From an uncultured Thermoplasmata archaeon (GTDB taxonomy: Archaea > Thermoplasmatota > Thermoplasmata > Lutacidiplasmatales > UBA184), in NCBI GenBank assembly GCA_963842165.1, contig CAWJFK010000023.1, forward strand, positions 110,817 through 174,816: 64,000 nucleotides of DNA, written 5' to 3'. The stretch's first letter is position 1. Each line of letters starts with the position of its first letter. Under the pieces are notes generated by a model. The model was not told the DNA's origin. It saw only the letters and a list, made by a program, of their open reading frames with translations, and did not search any database. The position numbers and the translations under genes were made by a program. Below, one piece after another: positions 1 to 10,596 of the stretch.

Positions 1-2311
1 CCACTTCCTGGTGGACCCACTCGGCCGTGAACGGCAAGAGCGGCGCGATCACGCGCGAGAGCCCGAGCAGCGTGTAGGAAAGCGTGTCGTGCGCCGCTCG
101 CCGATCCTCCTCGGAGGTGTCGCCCCAGAAGCGCGGGCGCGACCGGCGGACGTACCACGTCGACAGGTCGTCCACCAGCTCCCGGACGGCCAGCGCGGCG
201 GGCCGGGGGTCGAACGAGTCGAACGACGCGGTGACCCGGGACCGGGTCGACTCCAGGCGGGAGAGGGCCCATCGGTCCAATCGCGCGGTCGGCGTCGGGC
301 GGGGGAACGAGGGGGGGAGTTGGTCGGCGCGGGCATTCTCACGGTGGAACACGACCAGGTTGGCGAGGGTTCCCAGCGTGCGGCCGGCCGACTTCTGGAT
401 GGTCGTCTCCCCGATCCGCATCGGTTCGGTGAAGTCGAGCAGCAGGAACGTCCACCGTACCGGGTCGGCGCCGAGGCGCTCGAGCAGGGGGATCGGCTCG
501 AGCACGTTCCCCTTCGACTTCGACATCTTCCGGCCGGTCTCGTCGAGCACCATGCCGGTCGTCAGGGACGCCCGGTACCCGGCCGGTCGAAGAGCGCGGT
601 CGCGAGGACGAGCATCGTGTAGAACCAGCCGCGGGTCTGGTCCAGGCCCTCCGCGACGTAGTCGAGCGGCGCTCCGGGGTCGAAGGCGCTCGGCTCGAAC
701 GGGTGGTGGAACTGCGCGAACGGCGCGGAGCCGCTGTCGTACCACGCATCGATCGTGTACCGGCTCTCGTCGGCTCGGCTGCCGACAGTGCGGACACGGA
801 AAGACGACCCGGTCCGTCTGCACTCGGTGAGGGTCGAACGGGTCGGGCAGAGGACCCTCGTTGTATCGGGCCAGCTCCGCAAAGCTCCCGACGGAGGTCG
901 CGTGACCCTCCGGACAGACCCAGATGGGCAACGGCGTGCCCCAGTACCGGTTGCGAGAGACCGCCCAGTCCTTGGCCTCCGTGAGGAAGTTCCCGAAGCG
1001 GCCGTCGCGGAGGTGGGAGGGCACCCAGGTCACGGTCGCGTTGTTGCGCACCAGCGCCTCGGTGAAGCGGGAGGTGCGGACGAACCACGAATCGATCGCC
1101 CGGTAGAGGAGCGGGGTGTCGCACCGCCAGCAGAACGGGTACGTGTGCCGCAGTGTCTCCGAGCGGTAGACCAGGCCCCGGGCGGCGAGGTCCTTCATCA
1201 AGAGGGGGTCGGCGTTCTTGAAGAACTTACCTCGAGCCTGAGGGACCGCGTCGCCGAACACGCCTCGGCTGTCGAGGGGGTCGAACACGCCGACCTTCTC
1301 CCGTGCGCCCACGCGCTGGTCGTCGGGCCCGAAGCTCGGGGCCACGTGGACGAGGCCGGTGCCCTCCTCCGCCGTCACGAAGTCATCGAGGACGATCCGG
1401 TAGCGGCCCGCGCCCGGTCCGGCGGAATCGAAGGGAGGGCGGTACTTCGTTCCCGCGAGCTCCCGCCCGGGTAACCGTTCGAGGATCCGAGGGGACGAGG
1501 GAAAGTAGCGAGGGACGGCCGACGAAGCGATCACGAACTCCTGGCCGTCGTCGTCGGCGACCACCGAGTATTCGAGGTCCGCCCGCACGGCGACGAGCAG
1601 GTTGGCCGGCAGGGTCCACGGGGTGGTCGTCCAGACGAGGAGGTCGCGGGGCCGCGCGGCGTCGGGCAGAGGGAAGCGGACGGTGACCGAGGGGTCGGTC
1701 GCCTCACGGTGACCCTGCGCCACCTCGTGGGAGGCGAGCGGCGTCTCGCATCGGGGGCAGTAGGGGAGGACGTAGTGGCCCTTCTCGAGCAGGCCCCGGT
1801 CGAAGAGGTTCTTGAGCGACCACCAGACGCTCTCGATGTACGGCGCATCCATCGTTCGATACGCGTGGTCGTAGTCGAGCCAGTAGCCGAGCCGCGCGCT
1901 CATCTCGCGCCAGACGTCCGCGACGGCGAGCGTTCCGGTCCGGCACTCGTCGCAGAACCGCTCGACCCCGTAGGTCTCGATCTCCTTCTTGGACTTCAAG
2001 CCGTGCCGCTTCTCGATCTCGAGCTCGACCGGAAGGCCGTGACAATCCCAACCGGCCATCATCGAGAGGACGCGGTCCCCGCGCATCCGGTGGTAGCGGA
2101 GCTGGAGGTCTTTCAGGACTCGCGCCACGAGATGACCGAGGTGGGGCGCCCCGTTGGCGGTGGGCGGTCCCTCGGTGAAGCGGAAGATCGGGCCGCTCGC
2201 CGGCAGCTCGAGCGAGCGCGCCGCAACCGCGGTGCTCTCCCAGTACTCGAGCACCCGCTCCTGCACCGCCCGGGCGGAGGGGGCGCCCGAGCCAGCGTCC
2301 TCGGGCGACAT
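1..2311 (-). CDS. ileS: Isoleucyl-tRNA synthetase (3' end beyond window; several indels)
   Basis: Across frames: [14 protein letters not shown] (HIGH motif), [36 protein letters not shown]; ATG at 2311. Confidence 0.95.
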   Translation of the reverse strand, partial: MSPEDAGSGAPSARAVQERVLEYWESTAVAARSLELPASGPIFRFTEGPPTANGAPHLGHLVARVLKDLQLRYHRMRGDRVLSMMAGWDCHGLPVELEIEKRHGLKSKKEIETYGVERFCDECRTGTLAVADVWREMSARLGYWLDYDHAYRTMDAPYIESVWWSLKNLFDRGLLEKGHYVLPYCPRCETPLASHEVAQGHREATDPSVTVRFPLPDAARPRDLLVWTTTPWTLPANLLVAVRADLEYSVVADDDGQEFVIASSAVPRYFPSSPRILERLPGRELAGTKYRPPFDSAGPGAGRYRIVLDDFVTAEEGTGLVHVAPSFGPDDQRVGAREKVGVFDPLDSRGVFGDAVPQARGKFFKNADPLLMKDLAARGLVYRSETLRHTYPFCWRCDTPLLYRAIDSWFVRTSRFTEALVRNNATVTWVPSHLRDGRFGNFLTEAKDWAVSRNRYWGTPLPIWVCPEGHATSVGSFAELARYNEGPLPDPFDPHRVQTDRVVFPCPHCRQPSRREPVHDRCVVRQRLRAVRAVPPPVRAERLRPRSAARLRRGGPGPDPRLVLHDARPRDRALRPAGYRASLTTGMVLDETGRKMSKSKGNVLEPIPLLERLGADPVRWTFLLLDFTEPMRIGETTIQKSAGRTLGTLANLVVFHRENARADQLPPSFPRPTPTARLDRWALSRLESTRSRVTASFDSFDPRPAALAVRELVDDLSTWYVRRSRPRFWGDTSEEDRRAAHDTLSYTLLGLSRVIAPLLPFTAEWVHQEV

Positions 2312-2351
2312 GGAACGCTCCGACTCCCGCCCGGGAGATAAAAGGAGGTCG

Positions 2352-3244
2352 CTATCTCGAAAGCCCGTAGGGGGGCGGGCTCTTCGAACGGGGGCCGACT
2401 CGGGCGGTGGGGTGACGGCGTACGACCGTCCCCTCGACCTCCGACACGTGCGCGTCCCGGCCCAGGATGATCTCCGGGCAGCGGACGAAGGCGACGTCGA
2501 CCCCCTCCAGCTCGACCCGATCGGCCTCGATCCGGGCGACCCGGGGAGGCGGCGAGCGGCCGAAGACCCACTCGATCGGGTTGGGGGGCGAACGGAGGAG
2601 CCGTACGGTGTGCGCGCGGATGGTCCCGAACCGGCTGTCGCGACGGATCTTCACGTCGACGTCGGTCGCCTCGAGGTCGCCCGGGACGTTCACGGACCCA
2701 TCCGCGCGGAGTTCGGTCGCGCGGAGCGACGCGGCGGCGAACTGGCCGCGTACGGTCACCGGACCGTCCACCGCGGCCTCTCGAGCGATGCGGGTCGTCC
2801 CCCGGAACGTGGCGTGCTGAGCACGCACCGCTCCGGCCGCTCGGAGATTGCCGTCTGTGGACAGTGCCCCGGTGACCGTCACCGCTCCCTCGACGTCCAC
2901 GGTGCCCCGACAGGCGAACGAGTCCGAGGTGATCGGTCCCGCCACGGAGAGAGTGCCGGTGACCTGCGCGGCCCCCACGTCCACCTCGCCCGTGACCTTG
3001 ACCGTCCCCTGCACGACCCACGACTGCGCATGGACCGAATCCCGGCGGGTCACACCGTGGTCGTGGAGCGCTCCGACCCGGGGAATCCGGACCGCGGCCG
3101 GAGGAGCCGCGGTCGCGGGCTTGGCCGGAGTCGGGGCGGCCCTACGACTTTCGTCGGCACCGGCGGGGAAGCGGACGGAGGGAGGGCGGAGGCCGGAGAA
3201 GGAGACGGAGCGGGAGTCGAGGGGGTGGGCGGGCCGGCCGTCAT
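2352..3244 (-). CDS. Bactofilin-like / polymer-forming beta-helical protein with Pro/Ala-rich N-terminus
   Basis: Repeated V-x-G-x-(V/L)-x-V-x-G strands (VQGTVKVTGEVDVG, VTGTLSVAGPI, ADGSVNVPGDLEA); alternative ATG at 3244; as assembled it is in frame with the upstream CoA-binding gene. Confidence 0.6.
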
Positions 3245-3689
3245 ATGGGTTGCCCTCCCGGCGGATGCCCAGCCGCCGGTGCTGCGTCATGATGCACAGG
3301 TCTTCGACGACGGTCGCCCCGGCGGCCTGGCCCAGGGCAGCGGCATCCTTCTGCGAGATCCCGAGCTGCATCCAGACGGTCGGGACCTTCCGAGCGAGTG
3401 CCTCGTTCATGATCGCCGGCACTTCGTCCGGCTGGCGGAAGATGTCGACGATGTCGAGGGAGATCTCCGGGGGGATCGCGGAGAGGTTCGGGTAGGACCG
3501 TTCGCCGAGCACCTCGGGGACCATCGGGTTCACCGGGACGATCCGATAGCCGTGTCCCTGGAGGTACCGCGCGACCTCGTTCGAATCCCGCTCGGGCTTG
3601 TCGGAGAGCCCGACGACGGCGATCGTGCGGGCGCGGCCGAGCACGTCGCGAAGGCGATCGTCCGGCGGGTTCATCGGACGAGGGGACAC
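3245..3689 (-). CDS. CoA-binding protein (YccU-like)
   Basis: TIAVVGLSDKPERDSNEVARYLQGHGYRIVPVNP, DIVDIFR, VWMQLGI, EDLCIM. Confidence 0.9.
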
Positions 3690-3758
3690 AGGACCGTTAC
3701 ATGATGCTAGCGGGCTCTACCCCCAAGGAGTCATGGCGGGAAGTCCGCGGGCGGGCCG

Positions 3759-4145
3759 ATGCACGTTGACTACGTCGGCCTGGGCGGGACGAACCTCGCG
3801 AGATCTCACCGCTTCTTCACGAAGGGCCTCGGGCTCTTCGAGGGGCGCCGAGGGAAGATGTTCCACGGTGGGATCCGGGTCCTGTTCCAGGACCCGGTCT
3901 GCCTCCAGCGGATCGAGCTCAACTGATATCCCAGGGGCTCGAAGTACGCGACCCCGTTCGTCCCCGGCGAGGGGCTCGACCACATCGGGTTCCGCGTGAA
4001 CAACGTCATGACCGTCGGACGGCAGTTGCGGACCGCCGGGGCCTCGCGGATCGAGGACTTCCGGGACAAGGGAATCGCCGAGGTCGCGTACTGTGCGGGC
4101 CCCGACGGACTCGGGGTGGAACTGATCCGTTCGCCGACCGCCTAG
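3759..4145 (+). pseudogene. VOC/glyoxalase family protein with one in-frame TGA (3924-3926)
   Basis: Hand translation MHVDYVGLGGTNLARSHRFFTKGLGL...IELN*YPRGSKYATPFVPGEGLDHIGFRV...GPDGLGVELI; missed by the ORF track. Confidence 0.75.
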
Positions 4146-4166
4146 GTTTCGACCGCTCGTCCGCCA

Positions 4167-5030
4167 TCAGAAGCGAGGGAGAGGCGGGAGCGCCGCCGGC
4201 TCCTTCCGCAGGTACAGGATGAGGCCGAGGAGCGCCCCGACCAGGATGACGAGGTAGTGGAGGCCGTCCCCCAGGGGGGCGTTGACCAGCGTAAGGAACG
4301 CGGTCGCGTCGTTGATCCCGTGGAGAAGGGCCACGACCACGAGGTTGCCGCCGGAAGCTCGGTAGGTGGCGGCGAACGCGAACCCGAGCAGGAACAACGT
4401 GGGGAAGACGAGCGGCGCCGCCGGGCCGTACGTCGTGGCGTAGTAGAGGTGGACGCCCGCGAACAGGAGGCTCGAACCGACGGCGGGTACGATCCAGGAC
4501 CCGCCCCGCCCGGTCCAGAAACCGAAGATCCAACCTCGGAAGATCGTCTCCTCGAACGCGCCGACCACGAACGACAGCGCCACGTACAGCCACGGGTTCC
4601 CGACCGCCTGCTGCAGGGCCGGGTTGGGGCGATTGAGGTACTGGAAAGCGGCCGGGTCGACCGCCATGTACACGATGACCAGGACGAGCACGACCACGAG
4701 GGCGAGGAGGGAGAGCAGGCCGTACCATCGGAGGCCCTCGACCGTCGCCTCCTTCATCCGGTCGGCCCAGTGACGGAGGGGTTCCCCGCCGACCAGCAGG
4801 GCGAAGGCCAGCACCGGGATCCCGTAGACCACCGCGAGGTCGCCGACGAGGGTCCCGTAGATCGGGCGCAGCGCGGGAATCAGGTCGGGGAGGAAGTACT
4901 GGCTCAGGACCGCGAAGACGGTGACCACGACGCCCGCGGCGTACCGAGCGAGCAGACCCGAGGGGGGGCCGATTCGGCGGGCTGGGGCGTTCCGAAGCGC
5001 CGGATCCATCCGTCCGACCGAGGGGGCCAC
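4167..5030 (-). CDS. CPBP/CAAX family intramembrane glutamic protease
   Basis: Multiple TM segments; EETIFRG, FAGVH, HGIND motifs. Confidence 0.9.
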   Translation of the reverse strand: MAPSVGRMDPALRNAPARRIGPPSGLLARYAAGVVVTVFAVLSQYFLPDLIPALRPIYGTLVGDLAVVYGIPVLAFALLVGGEPLRHWADRMKEATVEGLRWYGLLSLLALVVVLVLVIVYMAVDPAAFQYLNRPNPALQQAVGNPWLYVALSFVVGAFEETIFRGWIFGFWTGRGGSWIVPAVGSSLLFAGVHLYYATTYGPAAPLVFPTLFLLGFAFAATYRASGGNLVVVALLHGINDATAFLTLVNAPLGDGLHYLVILVGALLGLILYLRKEPAALPPLPRF

Positions 5031-5031
5031 G

Positions 5032-5310
5032 TTACTTAGAATCCGCCGCCGGACCTACCGTCCGCTCGGCCGCCTGAACGCAGGCGAGGAGGTCCTCGAG
5101 CGTCGCGCGAGCCCGACGCGCGGTCGACGCGCTCGTGCGGACGACCAACGTGGCGCCCTCGACCTCGAGGTGGACAAAGTCGTCCGGGGAATCGGCGACG
5201 AGGGCCCTCCGCAGCCGCTCGGCGCTCGCGGCGTTCGCGCACGGCCGCCGGGCGACGACGGTTACTTCGACGCCGGGGATCTCTTCGAGCGGTTCGCCGA
5301 TCGCTCTCCC
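5032..5310 (-). CDS. pcc1: KEOPS complex subunit Pcc1 (start approximate)
   Basis: AERLRRALVADSPDD...VEGATLVVRTSASTARRARATLEDLLACVQAAE matches the Pcc1 pattern. Confidence 0.7.
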   Translation of the reverse strand, partial: GRAIGEPLEEIPGVEVTVVARRPCANAASAERLRRALVADSPDDFVHLEVEGATLVVRTSASTARRARATLEDLLACVQAAERTVGPAADSK

Positions 5311-6263
5311 CCCTTCGGCTGGGCGCCCGGCCCCCGGCTGAGCGCGTCCGGGACGATCGGGGCCGTGGTGGTGCGCCGGGCGACCTCGGCGTCGGCTCGC
5401 TCCTTGAGGTAGGCGAGGATGCTCGGCCAGACCGCGTCCTCGCGCGTCTGCTTGTTCTCGAAGTTGTGTTCGCCGATGAACCGCACGAACGAGGCGCGGC
5501 TCGGCGCGTCCCACCGCCCGTTGAGGCGGCCGGTGTAGTAGCCGAGCACGTTGAGGTCGTGCTGGAGCGCGAGCGCGACCTCGCCATCGATCGGGCGGAG
5601 GGTCGTGGGGTCCTCCCGACTGAGCATGGTCAGGTCGTAGAGGCGGAAGACCCGGCGGAGCTCCTCGATCGGGGCCACATGGTCATCGACCCGGACGTCG
5701 ATCCAGCGGTTGCTCTGCCCGTAGCCGGCGCCCGTCTTGCTGACGAGGAGCGCGGCCGACTGCTGACCCCGCCGGTCGCCCCCCTCTCGCTGCCCCGCGA
5801 AGAGGGCGGCGAGGAGTCGGTCGGCGATGTCGCCGGCCAGTCGTCTCGTAGGCGCGGGCCATCGCCTGAACGACGGCCGGTCCGAAGAGGATGTTCCCCT
5901 GGCACGTGAATCCATCCCCGACGACGTGGCCGGCCCAGTCCATGCACTTAGGCCCGGTGAACGCCGCCGCCTCGCCCCGCGCATCGACGACGCCCAGCTG
6001 TCGCGCGTCACGTCCGGGGTCGGCCTCGATCGAGCCGGCGGACGACCTCCTTCGCGCCGAGCCCCTTCCGCAGGAGGGCGAGCCCTTCTGGCCCCCAGGC
6101 GGGGTTGGTGTTGGCCTGCGTCGCGACGGCCCCCACCTGGGCCTCGGCCCACGGGACGACGGCTCCCACGGAGATGAACTTGGATTGGACCGCGACCCCG
6201 CACGTCCCATCGGCCGGGCTCGCACGCGACGATCGAGAAGGTGCCGAACCGCGGGCGCTCCAT
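5262..6263 (-). CDS. DUF1028 family (Ntn-hydrolase-like) protein with C-terminal peptidoglycan-binding-like domain; indels
   Basis: GTFSIVA, GAVATQA, RQLGVVD, QGNIL, GGDRRGQQSAAL, DVRVDDH; C-terminal LQHDLNVLGYYTG. Confidence 0.85.
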   Translation of the reverse strand: MERPRFGTFSIVACEPGRWDVRGRGPIQVHLRGSRRPVGRGPGGGRRDAGQHQPRLGARRARPPAEGARREGGRPPARSRPTPDVTRDSWASSMRGARRRRSPGLSAWTGPATSSGMDSRARGTSSSDRPSFRRWPAPTRRLAGDIADRLLAALFAGQREGGDRRGQQSAALLVSKTGAGYGQSNRWIDVRVDDHVAPIEELRRVFRLYDLTMLSREDPTTLRPIDGEVALALQHDLNVLGYYTGRLNGRWDAPSRASFVRFIGEHNFENKQTREDAVWPSILAYLKERADAEVARRTTTAPIVPDALSRGPGAQPKGGERSANRSKRSPASK

Positions 6264-6288
6264 CGGTTCCCCGGAGACGCTCGCGGCC

Positions 6289-6575
6289 TTAAGAGGTGGG
6301 AGCGCCGCCCGATCCCCCCAGGTCGGTCCGCCGAGCCAACTCCCCCAGCAGCTCTTCCACCCGCCGGGTCGCCTCCTCCGCGCGTCCGTCGGCGTACGCG
6401 CGCTCCGCCACCGTCAGGTCCCGCAGCTCGCGGCTCACGTCCCGGCCCTGGGATCGGAGCAGGGAGAGCAATCGGGCCGCGAGCCGTATCCGATTACCGG
6501 TCCGGTCCTCTTCCGGGGACGGAACGTCGTCGGGCGACCCTTTGGAGGTGTAGTCGACGAGCCCGCGAGGCCACT
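6289..6575 (-). CDS. Hypothetical helical protein (start uncertain)
   Basis: Open frame WPRGLVDY...NRIRLAARLLSLLRSQGRDVSRELRDL, in line with neighbours. Confidence 0.4.
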
Positions 6576-6647
6576 GCGTGACCTCCCCCTCTCCCCGACG
6601 GATCCGGCGCCGACGCTCGTCGGACGACGTAGAACGCCCCGGACCGT

Positions 6648-7286
6648 CTACGCCTCGCCGACCTCTTCCGAGGCGGGGGCGGCGGGCGCTGGGGTCCCGG
6701 GGCGGCTCTCAGCGAGGACGACGCGCTCCCGGATGGCGAGCCAGACCGGGTCGATCCGGTCGTAGAACCCCTCGACGACCCCTTCCGCCTCCAGGATGGC
6801 GGAGGCCTCCTCGACGCGGGGGGCGAGGGAAGAAAGGTCGACCCCGTGGGCGGTCGCCCAGGCGACGCTCGCCCGAGCGAGAGCGAGCTGGTCGTCCGCG
6901 CTCCGGCGGGCCCGGCGCGCCTCCTTCTCGGGGACCGCCATCCCGTGCTCCGGGTCCCAGTGGGGCGGCATCGGCGGGGGGATCGGCACGCGGAGCCGTC
7001 GGAACGGTTCCGGGAGCGTGGGCCAGCGCGGCTCCGCGAAACGGACGGACAGCTGGTCGAGCGCCTGAAGCGCCGCCTTGTAGTCCCCCGCGACGTACGC
7101 GGCCTCCGCCTTGTGGAACGGAGTGAGCAGGTCCGGGCTCGGCGCGCCCTTCCACTGGTCGAGTCGGAGGGCCACCCGGCTCGGCGCGAGGCGACGGAGC
7201 GCCTGCCGCTCCGGGGTCTCGGGGAGCGTGGGCGCGACCGGGGTCTCGGGGTCCTTGGGGGGCGGACGGTTCGGTGCGCCGGGCAT
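6648..7286 (-). CDS. Hypothetical protein
   Basis: 212-aa ORF with protein-like composition directly downstream of the GGR gene. Confidence 0.65.
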   Translation of the reverse strand: MPGAPNRPPPKDPETPVAPTLPETPERQALRRLAPSRVALRLDQWKGAPSPDLLTPFHKAEAAYVAGDYKAALQALDQLSVRFAEPRWPTLPEPFRRLRVPIPPPMPPHWDPEHGMAVPEKEARRARRSADDQLALARASVAWATAHGVDLSSLAPRVEEASAILEAEGVVEGFYDRIDPVWLAIRERVVLAESRPGTPAPAAPASEEVGEA

Positions 7287-7304
7287 CGTTCGGATAGGAG
7301 GCGC

Positions 7305-8494
7305 CTAGAGGAACGCCTCGAACTCCTTCGTGATCTCGGGGTACTTGTCGTGGACGGCTCTGAGGATGTTGTGCACGTTCAGTTTCTCGAGCTTGACCCC
7401 GAGGAGCGCGTCGATGACCTTGTCGAACGTCTCGTCCGAGAGCGTCGTGAGCTTCTCCTTCGCGAGCCAGTTGCGGTAGAGCTTCTCCTCGAGGCGAACG
7501 CGCCAGCCCTTCTCGTACTTGTCGAGGACCTTGGTCGACGCGTCGCCGGAGTGGACGGCTTCCGCCGCGACCGTGCCGCAGATCTTCCCCGCGATGCATC
7601 CGTTCGCGATGCCGCCTCCCGTGAGAGGGTCGATCATCCGGGCCGCGTCCCCGACGATCATGAACCCGTTCAGGATCGTCTGCTTGAGGGGGGGAGCGAT
7701 GGAGACCCCGCCGCCGACCATGTCGATCTTCTTCCCCTTCGCGTAGGCGGGGTGGTGGTCGATCCAGGCATCCAGGTACGACCGCGCTTCGGCCATCGAC
7801 TTGATCTGGCTGACCTGCACGCCGATCCCGACGTTCGCGAGACCCTCCGCCTTCGGAAAGATCCAAACGTACCCCCCGGGGCGACCTTGCCGAGGTAGAA
7901 ATCGCAGTAGCGAACGTCGCAGTCGACGTTCGTCATTCGGTACTGGAGGCACGTGTCCATGTCGCGCAGCGCGAGGTTGGTCGAGATCCCCGCCCAGCGA
8001 CCGACCTGACTTTCGAACCCGTCGGCGCCGATGGTGACCTTCGCGTGGACGTCGAAGGTCGTGCCGAACTGCTTGACCTTCGCGCCGACGACGCTGCCGT
8101 TCTCCTTCAGGATGCTGGTCGCGGCGGTCTTGAGGCGAACCTCGACGCCCTCGTTCGCGGCGTCGATCGCCAGCTGCTTGTCGAACTCCGAGCGCTCGAC
8201 GACGTAGCCGACCTCGTTGCCGGCCTGCTTCTCGTTGATCTCGAAGATCCGCTCGCTGGGCGAAAAGATACGGGCCCCCTCGACCTCGAGGTTGATCCAG
8301 CGGCCGGGCTTGATCCCGACGTCGGGCAGCCAGTCCTTGCTCATCCCCTCGCCGCACCGGACGGGGCTGCCGATCTCCTGGCGCTTCTCGATCATGAGGA
8401 CCTTCGCGCCGTGCTTGGCCGCCCACTTGGCGGTCATGCTGCCCGCCGGTCCCGCACCGATGACGAGGACGTCCGTCGTCAGGTCCGCGGCCAT
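7305..8494 (-). CDS. Digeranylgeranylglycerophospholipid reductase (geranylgeranyl reductase); indel near 7875
   Basis: DVLVIGAGPAGS, PVRCGEG, GADGFES, PGGYVWIFPK, VGDAARMIDPLTGGGI. Confidence 0.93.
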
Positions 8495-8519
8495 GAGTTC
8501 GTCCTCCCCCTCAAAGACG

Positions 8520-8711
8520 TCAGTCGATCTCGATCGCCCCGACCGGGCAGGCCTTCACGCAGATCTCGCACCGAGTGCACACCTTCTCATCGAACGTGAT
8601 CCGGGTCTCGTCGAGGTAGATGCAGTTGAGCGGGCAGATCCCGACGCACGCTCCGCAGTAGATGCACAGCTGGCCGGTGGACTCGATGTGGAGGCTCTTC
8701 TTGCTCGGCAA
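8520..8711 (-). CDS. 2[4Fe-4S] ferredoxin, probable GGR electron donor
   Basis: CIYCGACVGICP and CTRCEICVKACP. Confidence 0.92.
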   Translation of the reverse strand: MPSKKSLHIESTGQLCIYCGACVGICPLNCIYLDETRITFDEKVCTRCEICVKACPVGAIEID

Positions 8712-8828
8712 AGCGCCGTCCTCGGGTCGGACCTATCCGGACCTTATTAAAGGGTAGCCAGCGCGGGTCGCGACGAAGGGCCCGGGCCTCGCCGACCGGG
8801 GAACGGCGAGCGGGACCGGCCCGCCGCC

Positions 8829-9760
8829 CTACATTCCCTGGAGCCACCGCTCTGCGTCGATCGCGGCTTGACAGCCCGCCCCCGCCGCGGTCACGGCCTG
8901 GCGGTACCGGTGGTCCTCGACGTCCCCCGCCGCAAACACCCCTTCCACGCTCGTACGGGTTCGGTCGTGGACCTTGAGGTAACCGGTTTCCGTCAGGTCG
9001 AGAGCACCGCGGAAGACCTCGGTAGCCGGTTCGTGGCCGATCGCGACGAACAGCCCTCCGACCGGGAGGACCGAGGACCGTCCGGACGGGAGGTGCTTCA
9101 GTCGCACCCCTTCGACCTTCTCTCCTCCGAGGACCTCTTCCACGACCGACTCGAGCGCGAGGGTGATCTTCGGGTGGGCGCGCACGCGGTGCTGCATGAC
9201 CTTGCTCGCCCGCAACGTGTCCCGACGGTGGACGAGGGTGATGCGCGTCGCGAAGTTGGTGAGGAACAGCGCCTCCTCCATCGCCGTGTCGCCGCCCCCG
9301 ACCACGACCAGCTCCTTTCCCTTGAAGAAGAACCCATCGCACGTGGCGCACGCCGAGACCCCGTGGTTCTTGAGGCGCTCTTCGGAGGGAAGCCCGAGCC
9401 ATCGTGCGTTCGCCCCCGTCGCGACGATCACCGCGTCGGCCCGGACGACTCCGTTGGAGCCCGTGTGGAGGGTGAACGGCCGCTCTCGAAAATCCACCCG
9501 GGTCACGTTGTCGTCGACGAAATCGGCTCCGAAGCGGGCGGCCTGGCGCCGCATGAGGTCGACCAGCTCGGGGCCCTGGACTCCTTCCGGGAATCCGGGG
9601 TAGTTCTCCACGTCGGTGGTGATGAGGAGCTGTCCTCCGGCGGGACCCCGGCGATGACGAGCGGCTTCAACTGACCCCGGGCGGCATACAGGGCTGCGGT
9701 GAGGCCGGCGGGACCGCTCCCGATGATCGCCACCTGCACCCGGCGTTCGCCCTCGTTCAT
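8829..9760 (-). CDS. trxB: Thioredoxin-disulfide reductase; indel near 9640
   Basis: IIGSGPAGLTAA, ENYPGF, SACATCDG, VVGGGDTAMEEA, FAAGDV. Confidence 0.95.
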
Positions 9761-9834
9761 CCTCGGAAGTACTCCGCTGGGGGGTTAAAGCCGCACCTCA
9801 TCGGCGCGATCGGCCCCCCCGCGTTCTCCGGAGC

Positions 9835-10494
9835 CTACGTCCGGCGGGGGCCGGCGGGGGGTGGGGCCACGACCCAATTGTCTGCGGTCGTCGATCGTGA
9901 AGGCTCGCGTGCGCGGGGCGGCTCGGACGTTCCCGCCGGGTGGGGGGTAGGGTGGCGCAGGTCCCGCGCGATCGATTCGCCCAGTGCCGTCAGGCGGTAG
10001 ACCTTCCGACGACGGTCCACTCCCGAGATGTGACGGCGGTCCACGGTGAGGACCTCCGCGGCCTCGAGCCGCTGGAGGACCCGGACGAGGCTCCCTTGAC
10101 GGACCGACAACGCCGCGGCCATCCCTTCTTGCGTGAACCCGAGACGGGCGACCTCGTCCGCCCCGAGTCGGCCGAGAAGAGACAGGTGGAGGATAACTCG
10201 GCGGGCCAATCCCAGTCCCTCTCGCGCGGGAGGGGCCGGGGTTCCCGGCGCTTCCGTCGGGCCCCCCGCCGGCATCGAGGCTGCAGGGGAGGGAGCACGG
10301 ACCGAGAGGGAAGGTGGCACCTTCGCAGGGGAGGGGGGAGCGGGGCCGCCCGACGAATCCGCCACCCGAGGGCTGGGTTCGGTCTCGGGTGCGGAGACCC
10401 GCCACTGCGTCCAGAGATAATGGCCCAGCCATCCAGCGGCGACCGCTCCGACCGCTACGGCGACCAGCTCGAGGAGGTCCGCGGCCATCCGCAC
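9835..10494 (-). CDS. Membrane-anchored winged-helix (MarR/PadR-like) DNA-binding protein, copy 1
   Basis: N-terminal hydrophobic helix, Pro-rich linker, TQEGMAAALSVRQGSLVRVLQRLE helix-turn-helix, RRKVYRLTALG wing. Confidence 0.8.
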   Translation of the reverse strand: MRMAADLLELVAVAVGAVAAGWLGHYLWTQWRVSAPETEPSPRVADSSGGPAPPSPAKVPPSLSVRAPSPAASMPAGGPTEAPGTPAPPAREGLGLARRVILHLSLLGRLGADEVARLGFTQEGMAAALSVRQGSLVRVLQRLEAAEVLTVDRRHISGVDRRRKVYRLTALGESIARDLRHPTPHPAGTSEPPRAREPSRSTTADNWVVAPPPAGPRRT

Positions 10495-10596
10495 CTACCG
10501 TCCCCGAAGGCGACCCGGCGGAAGAGCAGTCCGCCTCCGGGGAGTGGTCGGGAGCGCCGGCGCGTTAGGACCTCGGGACATGGAGAGGGCCCGGGC

